A stretch of DNA of 64,000 bases. Source: an uncultured Chloroflexia bacterium. Its GTDB lineage: Bacteria > Chloroflexota > Anaerolineae > CG2-30-64-16. A program made the translations under genes and the position numbers. The notes below the pieces were generated by a model, which made no database searches, was not told the DNA's origin, and saw nothing but the letters and a program-made list of their open reading frames with translations. The stretch spans positions 1,632,001 through 1,696,000 of the forward strand of contig CAWEMM010000006.1 in assembly GCA_963810095.1 (NCBI GenBank). Direction: 5' to 3'. Below, one piece after another: positions 39,757-51,884 of the stretch (position 1 is the first letter of the stretch; every line of letters starts with the position of its first letter).

Positions 39757-42700
39757 CGGGTCACCTGGTCGGGATCATTACCGCCGTAGACCGCAGCCAG
39801 CGCAACGCGTCGGTGGACGCGTGGGCGCGCGGCGCAAGCGTGGAGCAGCTGCTGGCGGAATGCGCGGATCTGGATGCTTTCCGGCGCACCAGCGGCAACC
39901 TCTACGAGCGCGTGCGGGCGCTGTTCTTCCTGTACGATCTTCATCGCTTTCACTTGCCCCAGAAGCCCGGCGTTGCGCAGCGAGGGTTTGTGCCTTTCGA
40001 CGGCTATAGCTACCTGCTGACCCGCCGTTTTGAAGAGGCGATCGATGTGTTCCTGCGCGAGCAGGTGGTGCAGGGCCCCAACCAGTCTGTCTCGAGCGCG
40101 CTGGCGGCAGCCTATCACCGGCTCGCGTTCCAGACGCTGGCAGACCAGGTACGGCGCAGCGTCCGCTCGGTGCGGGGGAACCAGTGGATGTTCCGCCTCG
40201 GCCACCCGGCCGACCAGCCTTTGCGCGTGCGGCGCGAGCTGCTGACGCGGCCTGCGCCCGACGCGCCGTACCCGATCTTCCGCGAGACCACGCCCGTGCG
40301 AATGGACCTCTCGCACAGCGCCTGGAGCGACATCTTCTTCCTGGGCATGGACTTTCCTGAGGGTGCCCGGGTTTTGAACATCTCGATCGATCTCGGTGTG
40401 CGGGGGCGCGACGCGGCGCCCCGGCCGCCCGTCGAGGCGTATTTGCGGGTGATCGACGAGCCGGTGCTGCGGCTCGCCAGCGTCGATCTGGCCACACGTG
40501 CGGACATTACCAGCCTTGCGGAAGTGTTCGACTTTGCGCGCGACTACCTGGGCTTGCTGAAGGCAGCGTTGATTGCGTCGGGCCTGGTGCCGCCGGGGAT
40601 GGAGGGCTCGGAGGAGCGCCTTTCCGACCTGCTCGCGCAGCTTGTCGGCCCGGGCCGCGGGCTCGAGTTGGTGAGTAACGTGAATGGGATCCCGAAAGGG
40701 TCGCGGCTTGCAGTTTCGACGAGTCTTCTCGCCTGCCTGATCGCATGCTGCATGCGAGCAACGGGGCAGGCGCGTGCGCTCACGGGGCAGCTTGCCGAGC
40801 CGGAACGGCGGCTGGTGGCGGCCCGCGCGATCCTGGGCGAGTGGCTGGCCGGGTCGGGCGGTGGTTGGCAGGATTCGGGCGGCGTTTGGCCGGGCATCAA
40901 GCTGATCTCGGGCGCGCTCGCCGGGGAGGGCGACCCGGAGTACGGGATTAGCCGCGGCCGGTTGCTGCCGGTTCACCGCATTTTCGGCGCGGACGAAGTT
41001 TCGCCGCAGACGCGGCGGAGCCTGCAGGACAGCCTGGTTCTCGTGCACGGCGGCATGGCTCAGAACGTCGGGCCGATCCTGGAGATGGTGACCGAGAAGT
41101 ACTTGCTGCGATCTGAAGCCGAATGGGCCGGCCGCCAGGAAGCCTGCCGCGTCCTCGACCAGGTGGTCGATGCGCTGCGGAACGGCGACGTGCCTCGGAT
41201 TGGAACGGTAACCACCCGCAACTTCACGGGTCCGATCCAGACCATCATTCCCTGGGCCAGCAACCTCTACACCGAGCGCCTCATCGCCCGCGTGCGTGCC
41301 GAATACGGCGAGCGCTTCTGGGGATTCTGGATGCTGGGCGGCATGTCGGGCGGGGGCATGGGGTTCATTTTCGATCCTGTCGTCCGGGCTGCGGCGCAGG
41401 GGCGGATGCAGCAGATCATGTCGCAGGCCAAGGCCGAGTTGGAGCCGGCTCTGCCGTTCGCCATGGACCCAGTCGTCTACGACTTTGCTATCAACGAACG
41501 CGGCACGTGGAGCACATTGTTGGGCAGCGGCGAGACGGTTGGCGGGCGGGGTGTGCCCTTGATGCCGGCCGGTTATTATGCCATGGTCGTGCCCGAGCTG
41601 GTCCGGCTCGACCGGCGGCAGCTGCCGGCCTCCCGGCGTGCGGAGCTCAACCTGTTTGCCTCGGCCGCTCGGACGGCGCCCGAGCTTGGGGGCATGGTCC
41701 AGACGCTGTTCGACCGGCTGCTGCCCTCACCCGTGCGCGGAGATGGCGGCAGCGGGGCCGGCACGCTCGAGACGCTGTTGGCAGAGCACGGCTTCGATCC
41801 CATACAGCACGAGCAGATTCGCAGCGACTTACGGGCTGGGCGGCTGGGGCTGGCGCAGAACCGGCTGCCGGCCAACAGCGACATCCGTGACGTGCATACC
41901 GGCGGGGCCGCCGGCGACGTTTTCGACGCGAGCGAAAGCCTGGACGTCCTGGCCGCGTATCGGCAGGCCGGGCTGGAAGCTCTGGCGGCCGGGGCCGTTG
42001 CCGTGGTCAGCCTGGCCGGCGGGGTCGGCACGCGCTGGACGCAGGGCGCGGGGGTGGTCAAGGCGCTGCATCCCTTCTGCCGGCTGGGCGGGCAGCACCG
42101 GTCATTCATCGAGGTGCACCTGGCAAAGAGCAGCCGGGTGGGGCGCCTGGTTGGCGCGGCCTTGCCCCACGTGGTGACGACCAGCTACCTGACCCACGAT
42201 CGCATTGCGGAGTATCTGGCCCGGGAGGGCAACTACGGCTACCGCGGCCCCCTGTACCTGTCGCCTGGCCGGGCGATCGGGCTGCGCATGGTGCCTATGG
42301 CGCGGGACCTGCGCTTCGCCTGGGAAGAGATGCCGCAGCAAGTGCTGGACGAGCAGGCGCAGAAAGTACGTGAAAGCCTGCACGCGGCCCTGATCGGGTG
42401 GGCAGTGGCGACGGGTGAGGGCAGCGACTACATCGACAACCTGCCCCTGCAGTGCCTGCACCCGGTGGGCCACTGGTACGAGGTGCCGAACCTGTTCAAG
42501 AACGGCGTGCTGGCGGCGTTGCTGCGCGACCAGCCCCGGCTGCAATACTTGATGGTGCACAACATCGACGCGCTGGGCACAGACGCCGACCCGGGCGTGC
42601 TGGGTTGGGTGATGCAGGGCGGCGCGGCATTCACCGCGGAAGTGATCACACGCAGCATCGAGGATCGCGGTGGCGGGCTGGCGCGGGTGGACGGCCGGCC

Positions 42701-43145
42701 GCGCCTCGTCGAGGGGCTGGCGATGCCCCGTGAAGAGGACGAGTTCGGGCTCTCGTACTACAATTCGAACACCAGCTGGCTGCACATCGACAGCCTCCTT
42801 GGGGTGTTTGAGCTGACGCGGGAGATCATCCTGGCCGGGTGCGATGGCGATCCGGCCGCAGGTGACGCCATTACGGCGAGCATCCGGCGGGTGGCGGCAC
42901 GCATGCCGACGTATATTACCCTTAAGGACGTGAAAAAGCGTTGGGGCCACGGGCAGGAGGACGTCTACCCGGTGGCCCAGTTCGAGAAGCTGTGGGGCGA
43001 TATGACGGGGCTGGGCGAACTGACCAGCCGTTTTATCGCCGTTCCGCGCATGCGCGGCCAGAACCTGAAGGACCAGGCCCAACTGGATGGGTGGCTCCGT
43101 GACGGTTCAGCAGCCTACGTCGAGGCCCTCTGCGCATGGCGCTGA
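39753..43145 (+). CDS. GHMP-kinase-like + UDPGP-family pyrophosphorylase fusion (~1130 aa)
   Basis: GTG overlapping the upstream [38 protein letters not shown] (kinase); [45 protein letters not shown] (UDPGP). Confidence 0.85.
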   Translation: MTGHLVGIITAVDRSQRNASVDAWARGASVEQLLAECADLDAFRRTSGNLYERVRALFFLYDLHRFHLPQKPGVAQRGFVPFDGYSYLLTRRFEEAIDVFLREQVVQGPNQSVSSALAAAYHRLAFQTLADQVRRSVRSVRGNQWMFRLGHPADQPLRVRRELLTRPAPDAPYPIFRETTPVRMDLSHSAWSDIFFLGMDFPEGARVLNISIDLGVRGRDAAPRPPVEAYLRVIDEPVLRLASVDLATRADITSLAEVFDFARDYLGLLKAALIASGLVPPGMEGSEERLSDLLAQLVGPGRGLELVSNVNGIPKGSRLAVSTSLLACLIACCMRATGQARALTGQLAEPERRLVAARAILGEWLAGSGGGWQDSGGVWPGIKLISGALAGEGDPEYGISRGRLLPVHRIFGADEVSPQTRRSLQDSLVLVHGGMAQNVGPILEMVTEKYLLRSEAEWAGRQEACRVLDQVVDALRNGDVPRIGTVTTRNFTGPIQTIIPWASNLYTERLIARVRAEYGERFWGFWMLGGMSGGGMGFIFDPVVRAAAQGRMQQIMSQAKAELEPALPFAMDPVVYDFAINERGTWSTLLGSGETVGGRGVPLMPAGYYAMVVPELVRLDRRQLPASRRAELNLFASAARTAPELGGMVQTLFDRLLPSPVRGDGGSGAGTLETLLAEHGFDPIQHEQIRSDLRAGRLGLAQNRLPANSDIRDVHTGGAAGDVFDASESLDVLAAYRQAGLEALAAGAVAVVSLAGGVGTRWTQGAGVVKALHPFCRLGGQHRSFIEVHLAKSSRVGRLVGAALPHVVTTSYLTHDRIAEYLAREGNYGYRGPLYLSPGRAIGLRMVPMARDLRFAWEEMPQQVLDEQAQKVRESLHAALIGWAVATGEGSDYIDNLPLQCLHPVGHWYEVPNLFKNGVLAALLRDQPRLQYLMVHNIDALGTDADPGVLGWVMQGGAAFTAEVITRSIEDRGGGLARVDGRPRLVEGLAMPREEDEFGLSYYNSNTSWLHIDSLLGVFELTREIILAGCDGDPAAGDAITASIRRVAARMPTYITLKDVKKRWGHGQEDVYPVAQFEKLWGDMTGLGELTSRFIAVPRMRGQNLKDQAQLDGWLRDGSAAYVEALCAWR

Positions 43146-43186
43146 GAGGGCGTCAGGTCGATTTGTCATTGGAGGCATGAACGCAG

Positions 43187-43740
43187 ATGTTCATACTTCT
43201 CACGGGAAAAGGCGGCTGCGGCAAGACCACGGCCTGTTGGAAGGCGCTGCCGGGCCTGCGCAGCAGCGGGGTCAAGATGGCGGGTTTTATCTCGCCCCCG
43301 CTGCTTGACGCCGGCGGCCGGAAGTCCGGCATCGAGATGCTGAACCTGGCGACGGGCGAGCATCACACCTTTGCCCGCATTGTCAGCCGCGACGAGAACC
43401 CCGACGTGGGGGTCTACCGGCTCGAGGGCGACGCGATTGACTGGGCGCGGGGGGTGCTCGCCGCCGCGCTGTTTTCGGATATCGACCTGCTCGTCATCGA
43501 CGAGATCGGGCCGTTGGAGCTGCACCGGGGGGCGGCTTCGCGTTTGCGATCGAGCCGTTGGCCGACCCCGAGCGCATCCCGAACGCCATCGTCATTGTGC
43601 GCCGTGAGCTCGTCGACGAGCTGTCTGAGCGCCTGGGCCGGCCAGACATGGTGCGGGTCGAGGTGACTGAGGATGCGCGCGGCCAGACGCCCGCCCGGCT
43701 CGTCAAGCTGATTCAGGAAGCGCGGAACCGGGCCGGATGA
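43187..43740 (+). CDS. NTPase (THEP1/NTPase_1-like); frameshift near 43530
   Basis: LTGKGGCGKTT Walker A, LLVIDEIGPLE Walker B. Confidence 0.8.
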
Positions 43741-43756
43741 GCGCTCGGGGGAGAGC

Positions 43757-43981
43757 ATGAAGAAGCTGACGATTGCGGACATGTACGGCGTCGGTGCGGC
43801 AGTGGCGCTGGCAATCATGGTGATCGTGAATAACCCGGCCGTGATGCTGGGGATTTCGGCCGCCGGCATCCTGGTCGGTTTCTGGGTGCTGAGCCGGGGC
43901 GAAGTGCGCCGGGTGGCTTTCGTGGCATTTGTCGCGTTTGTCGTGGCGGGTGCGTTCGCCGTGTTCAAACTGACCGGCTGA
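43757..43981 (+). CDS. Small hypothetical membrane protein (3 TM)
   Basis: GGGGAGAG RBS; 74 aa, hydrophobic. Confidence 0.65.
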   Translation: MKKLTIADMYGVGAAVALAIMVIVNNPAVMLGISAAGILVGFWVLSRGEVRRVAFVAFVAFVVAGAFAVFKLTG

Positions 43982-44008
43982 ACTGATTTATCTCAGCGAG
44001 GGACCTCC

Positions 44009-45604
44009 ATGGCAGACAACGGAACTCGCATCCTGGCACAGGCCAATCCCGCCGTCATCGTGATCTTTGGCGCCAGCGGCGACCTGACGCAGCGCAAGCT
44101 GATCCCCGCGCTTTACACGCTTTACGCGGAGGGCCGGCTAGGCGAGCAGTTTGCGGTGGTGGGCGTGGCGCGCTCGGAGATGGGCGGGAAGAAAGCCGAC
44201 GCGGGGTTCAGCGGCCACCTGCGCGACTCGGCCCTCAAGAACGCGCGCGTCGAGGATCACGCCAAATGGGAGGACTTCGCGAAGCACCTCCACTACTGCC
44301 GGGGTGAGTACGACGCGCCGGAGACCTACGAACAGCTTGGCCAGGTCCTGGCCGATCTGGATGGGGCATACGATACGGTCGGCAACCGCCTCTTCTACCT
44401 GGCGACGCCGCCACAGCTCTACCTCGGCGTGGTGGAGCAGCTGGGCAAGGCCGGGCTGGACCAGGGCAGGGGGTTCGCCCGCATTATCGTCGAGAAGCCG
44501 TTCGGCCATGACCTGGAAAGCGCGCAGGACCTCAACCAGCGCATCCACGAAGTCTTCGACGAGAGCCAGGTCTACCGCATCGATCACTACCTGGGCAAGG
44601 AGACCGTCCAGAACATTCTCGCCTTCCGGTTCGCCAATGCGATCTGGGAGCCCTTGTGGAACCGCAACTACGTGGACCACGTGCAGATCACGGCGTCGGA
44701 GACGGTGGGCGTGGAGGGCCGCGCAGGATACTTCGAGAGCGCCGGGGTGCTGCGCGACGTATTTCAGAATCACCTGCTCCAGCTGCTCACGCTGACCTGC
44801 ATGGAACCACCCGCGGCCTTCAATGCGAAGTTTCTGCGCGACGAGAAGGTCAAGGTCTTACAGGCGGTGCGAAGGTTGCGGGCGGAAGATATCGCGCGGG
44901 GCACCGTGCGCGGACAGTACCGCACGTACCGCGACGAGCCGGGGGTGACGAAGGGCTCCGTTACGGCGACCTTTGGCGCGGTGTGCCTGTACGTGGACAA
45001 CTGGCGCTGGCAGGGCGTGCCGTTCTTCCTCCGCTCGGGCAAGCTGCTGCCCGCGAAGGTCACGGAGATCACCGTGCAGTTCAAGGACGTGCCACATCAG
45101 CTTTTTCCGCGCGCCTCAGACGGCGGGCCGGAAGGCCGGAACGGTATGCCCCACGCGAATTTCCTGAGCCTGTGCATCCAGCCTGACGAGGGCGTGCACC
45201 TGCGTATCGAGGCCAAGGTCCCGGGCCAGGGGATGCGGATGCGGTCGGTCGAAATGGAGTTCAATTTCGGCGACGCGTTCGGCGAGGCCGCGCTGCCCGA
45301 TGCGTACGAGCGCCTGCTGCTCGACGCGCTGGCGGGCGACGCGTCCTCTTCGCCCGTTCCGACGAGATCGAGCAAAGCTGGCAGATCATCGACCCGATTG
45401 CTGCGGCCTGGGAGCAAGGCACCGCACCGGTCGCGGGTGAGTGGCAGGCGATTACCGCGCCCGCCCTCGAATTCTATGAGCAGGGCACCTGGGGACCGTT
45501 GAGCGCGGACCAACTGCTGGCCGCGCGGCGGGCGCCACTGGCGTCTCGGTTGCTATCATGAGCAGCCACCCGAGGACCCCAAGCCGAAGCGAGGAAGCTC
45601 GTGA
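44009..45604 (+). CDS. zwf: Glucose-6-phosphate 1-dehydrogenase; frameshifts near 45345 and 45530
   Basis: [39 protein letters not shown]; continues [12 protein letters not shown]...YEQGTWGP in another frame. Confidence 0.93.
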
Positions 45605-46351
45605 CGCACGCAGTCTTGCCGTCGGCCCAGGCCGTGGCTCGCGAGGCGGCCGAACGAGTATTAGCCTCGGCTCAAGACGCGATCGGGGCGCGCGGGCATT
45701 TCAGCATCGCACTCGCGGGTGGATCGACCCCCGCCCTGCTGTACGAACTGTTGGCGTCGCCCGAGTATCGTTCACGGCTGGATTGGACGCGGACGTCGGT
45801 GTATTTCGGCGACGAGCGCTGCGTGCCGCCTGACCATGAGTGGAGCAATTACGCGCTGGCGCGGCGAACGCTGCTCGACCGGGTGCCACTTGCGGCCGCC
45901 AACGTTCACCGCATTGCAGGGCGAGTTGCCGCCTGGCGAAGCCGGCGCGGCCTATCAGGCCACCCTCGAAACAACGATGGCCTGCGACGCCGGTCAACCG
46001 CCGCGGTTCGACCTCATCCTGTTGGGCATGGGTGACGACGGCCACACGGCGTCGCTTTTTCCCGGAATGCCCGCGCTAGGCGAGCGGGCGGCTTGGGTCG
46101 CTGACACGGCTGTGCCGGCATACGTGCAGCCGCAGGTGTCACGCGTGACGCTGACCCTGCCTGTCCTGAACGCCGCACGGGAAGTTCTCTTCATCGTAAC
46201 GGGCCGGGGCAAGGCCGAGGCGGTGCAGAAGGTGTTCGTAGGGGCAGAGCGGCAGGGCGCCCCCTTGCTGCCCGCGGCGCAAGTCCGCCCGTACGATGGC
46301 GTTTTGGCCTGGCTGCTTGACGAGCCGGCCGCGTCTTTGATGAAGGAGTAG
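45601..46351 (+). CDS. pgl: 6-phosphogluconolactonase; frameshift near 45918
   Basis: ALAGGSTP, FGDERCVPPDH..SN, FDLILLGMGDDGHTASLFP, RVTLT. Confidence 0.92.
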
Positions 46352-46354
46352 CCC

Positions 46355-46805
46355 GTGGGCAAGCGTGGTGAGGGGTGGGTTGCGCTTCAGATGATCCTCT
46401 TTGTCATCATCCTGGTCGTACCGCGCATTCCCCCGGTTACCTTTCCCGTGTGGCTGCGAGGGGCTCGGCCTCGTGTTGCTTGCGGCCGGCGGGGCGGTTG
46501 GCACGTGGGGCATCCTGGCGTTGGGGAAGAACCTCACCGCCGTGCCCAAGCCCATCGAGGGGGGTGTGTTGGTGACGAGCGGGCCCTACGCGTTTGTGCG
46601 CCACCCAATCTACACTGGCTTGATCCTTGGCACACTCGGCTGGGCGCTCTTTCGAGCGAACGTGCTTGGCGTGGGCCTTGCCCTCGTGCTCTTCATCTTC
46701 TTTGACTTGAAGTCTCGCCAAGAGGAGCGCTGGCTGGCCGAGGCGTACCCGGGGTATGACGCATACCGGCACCGGGTGCGGAAACTGATCCCCTGGATCT
46801 ACTGA
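46355..46805 (+). CDS. Isoprenylcysteine carboxylmethyltransferase family protein; frameshift near 46460
   Basis: LVTSGPYAFVRHPIY, EERWL...Y.GY..Y...V.KLIPWIY. Confidence 0.85.
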
Positions 46806-46812
46806 GACAATA

Positions 46813-46847
46813 AAGAGACCCGGTTTCGATCAGAAACCGGGTCTCTT
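46813..46847. repeat. 15-bp inverted repeat between convergent genes
   Basis: AAGAGACCCGGTTTC-gatca-GAAACCGGGTCTCTT. Confidence 0.75.
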
Positions 46848-46858
46848 GTATCCCCGAT

Positions 46859-47576
46859 TTACAGCCAGCCTTGCCGGCGGGCGAACTGCGGACAGGTAGG
46901 GGACCTCCACCCGTTTCCCGTTGTACGCCTGGAGCGCATAATAGAGCGCCAGGGCGTGCGGCACGAAGAAGATGACCCACAGGCACGCCGCCCCACACCC
47001 GAGCGTCACGATGGTGAGGACCGTGAAGACCACTGCCGCCACGATCTCGTACACGAGGGCCGCGACGTAGAACAACAGCGACGTGACCGCGTGATGGCGC
47101 TGGAAGGGCCGGTTCTTCGTGTTCTCCGAGAAGAGCTGGATGAGCGACACGATCGGGATCTGCAGAATCGCCATCGACAGCCACGCCAGCATGGACAGCA
47201 GGCGGTCGTCGTCCGTCCCTTCGGGGACAAAGGCCGCGCCGCTCTTTGGGCTGGCGCCCGGCGCCTGGTAACCTGCAGCGGGTAACGCTGCCGCAGGGCC
47301 GGCAGGACCCGGCTCGAAGGCGGGCAGCTCGCCGGCGGGCTCGCTTGTCTCCGCCGGTGTGACCGGGTTGGGTGCAGCATAGGCCGGCGGGATAAGCTCG
47401 TCCTGCAGGTCGCGCAGGTCGCGCGTCACGGAGTCTGCCGTGTCTCCGAGCTCTGCCCCGAGTCGTTCGTCCGGGTGTTCAGACGGCCCCGGCGCGTCTT
47501 CCATCGGCCCTGAACCCCCGCTCATTCCCGGCGTGGATTCAGGCGGTAAATCCTTGCGTTCTTCGTCAGACATCAT
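46859..47576 (-). CDS. DUF4870-like membrane protein with disordered acidic/Pro-rich N-terminus; frameshift near the end
   Basis: DDRLLSMLAWL...PFQRHHAVTSL...ALQAYNGKRVEVP; GAGGGAGG RBS; likely ends RRQGWL-stop. Confidence 0.72.
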
Positions 47577-47747
47577 GTCCTCCCTCGATCTACGATGCTT
47601 TACGCACTTGCCCGAGCAGAAGTTTCGTGGATGACCCCTTCGTGGGCGCGTCCGTCTTGGCGGATCGCGGCGCAACTCGTTGACAGGGGCTGCGTATAGT
47701 GTTGTGAGAGCGCCAGTATGGGCGCAACTAACCACGGAGGAGTCATC

Positions 47748-48380
47748 ATGAAAGATAATCGCACAGGTGCACTGGCGGTCGGCGCACTCCTGGTGGCCTT
47801 GGGCATCTTGTTTTTGCTGCAGAACTTCGGCATCTTCGGAAGCGTGGCCAACCTGATTTGGCTCGTGCTGTTCGGCGGGGGCGGTCTCGCCTTCCTGTAT
47901 GTGTTTGCAACGAACCAGCAGCAGTGGTGGGCAGTCATCCCGGGCTTCGTTCTGTTGGGGCTGGCCGTTCTGATCGGTTTCGGCGACAAGCTCGGCGACT
48001 GGGGCCCCGCTTTGTTCCTGGGCAGCATCGGCCTGGCCTTCTGGGTCATCTTCGTGGTACGCCGGGATTTTTGGTGGGCAATAATCCCCGCGGGCACGCT
48101 GAGCACACTCGCTCTTGTCGCCATACTGGCCGATCGCCTGCAAGGTGAAGTGGTGGGCGGCCTGTTGTTCCTGGGCCTGGCCGCAACCTTCGGCCTGGTC
48201 TACGTCCTCACCGGTCATGAGTCTCGGCAGCGCTGGGCGATCATCCCCGCCGGCATCCTCGGGGTGTTGGGCTTGCTGCTGACCCTGTCGATGGGCGGCC
48301 TGGTCAACTACATCTGGGCGCTGGCGCTGATCGGCGCGGGCGTCTTTCTCTTGAGCCGGACGGGGATCTTCCAGCGCTAG
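47748..48380 (+). CDS. LiaF/DUF5668-like multi-pass membrane protein
   Basis: GALLVALGILFLLQNFG start; three W(W)A(V/I)IP repeats; GGAGGAG RBS. Confidence 0.75.
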   Translation: MKDNRTGALAVGALLVALGILFLLQNFGIFGSVANLIWLVLFGGGGLAFLYVFATNQQQWWAVIPGFVLLGLAVLIGFGDKLGDWGPALFLGSIGLAFWVIFVVRRDFWWAIIPAGTLSTLALVAILADRLQGEVVGGLLFLGLAATFGLVYVLTGHESRQRWAIIPAGILGVLGLLLTLSMGGLVNYIWALALIGAGVFLLSRTGIFQR

Positions 48381-48476
48381 GTTTTCCGGGCAGGGCGCGT
48401 GTTTTCCGGGCAAGAGGAGGGTATGCCCTCCTCTTGCCACACAAGACGAGATCGCATCTGAGGTTATGGGGGAAAT

Positions 48477-49406
48477 ATGAACGAGCGAAGGCATTACCGG
48501 GGCGGTTTTGTGTGGCCCATCATCCTGATCGGCGCGGGCATCGTGTTCCTGCTGAACACGCAGGGGTTGGTCGGCTGGAACGTGTGGGATACGCTGTTAC
48601 GCTTGTGGCCGCTGCTGCTGATCGCAGTGGGCATCGATATCCTGGTCGGCCGGCGGTTTCCGCTCGGGTCGGCGCTGCTTGCCCTGGTGTTGGTTGTGGT
48701 CCTGGTCTTAGCCGTGCAGGGCGCAATTCCCACCACCGTAAACGCAGGCGCGTTGACAGTGGAGCAGACGCAGACGATCAGCGAGGATCTGAAAGGCAAC
48801 ACGAAGGCGGCGGTCGAGATTGGTTTCGGGGCGGGCAACCTGAACATCGCCGCACTCGCCGAGGGCAGCCCTCAACTGGTCGAGGGCACGGTCGACCTCA
48901 GTCGCGACGAGCGGATCGACCGGAGCTACAGCGCCAACAACGGCACGGCGAAGTATGTCCTGAAGAGCCGCGGCTCATTTAGCATGGGTCCCGAGATACT
49001 GGGCGAGTCCCAGAAGAAGTGGGCGCTGGCCCTGAGCCGGGATGTCCCCCTCGAGCTCAAGGTCAGCACGGGCGCCAGCAAGTCGATGCTCGACCTGACG
49101 GGCCTGGACCTGCGGCGGCTGGACATCGACGCCGGCGTGGGGCAGGTCACGATTAAGCTGCCCGCCAGCGGACAATACCCGGTTACGGTCGATGGCGGCG
49201 TCGGCCAGGTGGTGATCATGATCCCACAGGGCGTGGCAGCCCGGGTGGAGGCGAAGGACGGCCTGGGCGGGGTGACCACCGAGGGCAACTTCCGTCAGAC
49301 GGGCCATACTTATACGACCGGCAATTATGCTTCAGGCACAGACCGGGTGGACATACAGGTGAAGAACGGGGTGGGACAGGTTGTATTGAAGTCGTTGAGT
49401 GAGTAG
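48477..49406 (+). CDS. DUF5668/LiaF-type membrane protein with toast-rack beta-helix
   Basis: WPIILIGAGIVFLL, LWPLLLIAVG; repeated GAG/GVG-x-V-x-I strands. Confidence 0.8.
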   Translation: MNERRHYRGGFVWPIILIGAGIVFLLNTQGLVGWNVWDTLLRLWPLLLIAVGIDILVGRRFPLGSALLALVLVVVLVLAVQGAIPTTVNAGALTVEQTQTISEDLKGNTKAAVEIGFGAGNLNIAALAEGSPQLVEGTVDLSRDERIDRSYSANNGTAKYVLKSRGSFSMGPEILGESQKKWALALSRDVPLELKVSTGASKSMLDLTGLDLRRLDIDAGVGQVTIKLPASGQYPVTVDGGVGQVVIMIPQGVAARVEAKDGLGGVTTEGNFRQTGHTYTTGNYASGTDRVDIQVKNGVGQVVLKSLSE

Positions 49407-49417
49407 GTCCAGCCACA

Positions 49418-49477
49418 TCGGTTAAGACAGACACGGGATGCGGGGCAGGGCCCCCATCCCGTGTCTGTCTTAACCGA
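49418..49477. repeat. 23-bp inverted repeat
   Basis: TCGGTTAAGACAGACACGGGATG ... CATCCCGTGTCTGTCTTAACCGA. Confidence 0.8.
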
Positions 49478-49554
49478 CTCCTCCGCGCTCGGGAATTGCG
49501 CTGCCAGAACTCGCCTCCTCTTTATGCTACAAAAGTCACACAGGAGGCATCCAT

Positions 49555-50559
49555 ATGAATTTCGAGATGTGGGGGCAGGCGCTCCGCATTATCCCGCGCC
49601 TGAGCAAGCCGGAGTGGGACCGGCTCGATGTGGTTTCCAAGTGGCTGATCGCGACGCGGGCGGCCGTGTTGATCATGACTTTTATTTCGGCCGCGATTGC
49701 GGGCATCTTCGCCTTCCGCAGCGGCGAATTCCAGTTGGTGCCGTGGCTGCTGCTGGTCATTGGCCTCGTCCTGGCTCATGCCACCAACAATCTGCTGAAT
49801 GACCTGACGGACTACCGGCGGGGGGTCGACAAGGACAACTATTTCCGGACGCAGTACGGCGCGCAGCCGCTGGAGCAAGGGCTGTGGACGCAGCGTGACC
49901 TGCTGCGCTATGCTGCGGTGACCGGCCTGGTGGCGGTGGCGACGGGCGTGTTCTTCGTGGTCACGCGCGGCTGGCCCGCGGTGATCCTGCTGGCGCTGGG
50001 CGCGTTATTCGTTCTCTTCTACACCTGGCCGCTGAAGTACGTAGGGCTGGGCGAGCTGGCAGTCATTATCGTCTGGGGTCCCCTGATGGTGGCGGGCGGC
50101 TACTTTGTCATCACCGGGCACTGGAACTGGAACGTGGTCCTCGCCAGCATCCCCTATGCGCTGGGGCCGACGACCGTGATCTTCGGCAAGCACATCGACA
50201 AGTACGCGCCCGACAAGGCGAAGGGGATCCACACGCTGCCGGTCATCATCGGCGAGCATGCGGCGCGTAACGTGGCGAAGGGCATGTTCATCCTGCAGTA
50301 CGCGCTGGTGATCTACCTGGTCGCGACGGGCTTTTTCACGCCGGTGATGCTGCTGGTGCTGCTGGCAGCCGTTAACCTGCCGCGGGTGTGGCAGGTGTAC
50401 AGCAAGCCCTATCCCAGCGAACGCCCGGCCGATTTTCCGGAAGAGGCCTGGCCGACGTACTTCGCAGCCACGTCTTTCTTCCACAACCGGACCTACGGCC
50501 TCATCTTCATCGTGGCCCTGCTGATCGATTCGGTTCTGAAGGTAACGGGCGTGTTCTAG
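49555..50559 (+). CDS. menA: UbiA-family prenyltransferase, probably DHNA octaprenyltransferase
   Basis: NLLNDLTDYRRGVD, YTWPLKYVGLGE, DKAKGIHTLPV; CAGGAGG RBS. Confidence 0.8.
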   Translation: MNFEMWGQALRIIPRLSKPEWDRLDVVSKWLIATRAAVLIMTFISAAIAGIFAFRSGEFQLVPWLLLVIGLVLAHATNNLLNDLTDYRRGVDKDNYFRTQYGAQPLEQGLWTQRDLLRYAAVTGLVAVATGVFFVVTRGWPAVILLALGALFVLFYTWPLKYVGLGELAVIIVWGPLMVAGGYFVITGHWNWNVVLASIPYALGPTTVIFGKHIDKYAPDKAKGIHTLPVIIGEHAARNVAKGMFILQYALVIYLVATGFFTPVMLLVLLAAVNLPRVWQVYSKPYPSERPADFPEEAWPTYFAATSFFHNRTYGLIFIVALLIDSVLKVTGVF

Positions 50560-50582
50560 CCGGGATACTGCTCTGGCGCGGG

Positions 50583-50633
50583 GCATGGGGCGCGGGACCG
50601 CCCGCCAGCGGCGGGCGGTCCCGCGCCCCATGC
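50583..50633. repeat. 24-bp perfect inverted repeat between convergent menA and GT genes
   Basis: GCATGGGGCGCGGGACCGCCCGCC-agc-GGCGGGCGGTCCCGCGCCCCATGC. Confidence 0.8.
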
Positions 50634-50643
50634 TGCCGAGGGC

Positions 50644-51880
50644 TCAAACAACAATCTTCTGGAACAGTGCCTCGAGTTGGTCCGCGTGGGCGCCCAGGCG
50701 TGTCGGGCGGGCGCACGCCGGCGCGCAGCGCCGCCAACTCGGCCGGCGAGTCGAGCAGCGCCTGGAGCGCAGCACGCCACGCTTGCACGTCGCCAGGGGG
50801 CAGCAGACGGCCGTCGACGCCGTCCCGGACGCGGTCGGCCAGCGGCCCAAGTCGAGAGGCCAGCACAGGCGCGCCGGCAATGAACGCCTCTGAGACGATG
50901 AACGAGTAGGTCTCGTACCACAGGGCCGGCACCGCGACTACGTCCGCTTGCGCCAGCGCCTGCCACACCTGGTCGCGATCCAGCCGGCCCAGGAAGCGGA
51001 CGTTCGCTCCCGCCAGTCGTCGTAGTTCCCGGCTGTAACCTGGGTCTGCAGTCTCATCCCCCGCAATCCATAGCTCGGCTTCACCCCTCAGCCCGGCAAA
51101 CGCCTCGATCAGGACGTGCACGCCTTTCTGCTTCGCCAGCCCCCCGATATAGGCGACGCGGAACGGCCCGTCATGATGCTGCCGCGGCAGGGGCGCCGGG
51201 TAGGCCAGCGCGGGGGCGAGCACCTCGACATTGCGCGCGGGAAACCCGTGCCCCACGTACCAGCGCCGCACGAACTCGGTGGGCGCGATCAGGCGGGCGG
51301 CGCCTTCGATGACCGGTTGCAGCGACTCGTTGCGCCGGGCCATTACCGGCGCAACGAGTGGGAGCGCAGGCAGCAGGTTGGGATGGCCCGCCCGGGCAAT
51401 GGCACAGTGCGCACAGTTGAAAAAGGTCGTCGACGGCCCGCCACAGATCTCCCCGCTGTAGTTTGTCAGCAGCTGTGCGTTGGCGCAGCGCCACCAGAAG
51501 TCCCACAGCGTAATCACATACGGCACGCCGGCCTCGTGGATTGTCCGGACGACCACGCTTGGCAAGCCCATCATGTGTTGGATGTGGACGATGTCGGGGG
51601 CAAAGCGCTCGAAGGTGCGGGTAAACTCGGCCCGGAGCCCGCTGTCCCGATACAGCGCCAGGAAGCGCCGCAGGGGCGTGACAGGACCCACATGCGCGCG
51701 CCAGACCGTCACCCGGTCGTCCTGCCGGCTGCTGACCCCCGCCGGACCCCCGTCGGAAGGGTAGAACACCCCCACCTCGTGCCCGCGCGCCGCCAGCTCG
51801 TGGGCGATTGCCTGCGTGTAGAGCTCCGTTCCGCCGACCCGCTCGGGCAGATACTGGTGAACGAGGTTTAGGATCCGCAT
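50644..51880 (-). CDS. Glycosyltransferase family 4; frameshift near the C-terminus
   Basis: HQYLPERVGGTE, PDIVHIQH, YIGGLAKQKGV, WYETYSFIVSEA. Confidence 0.88.
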
Positions 51881-51884
51881 GGCA

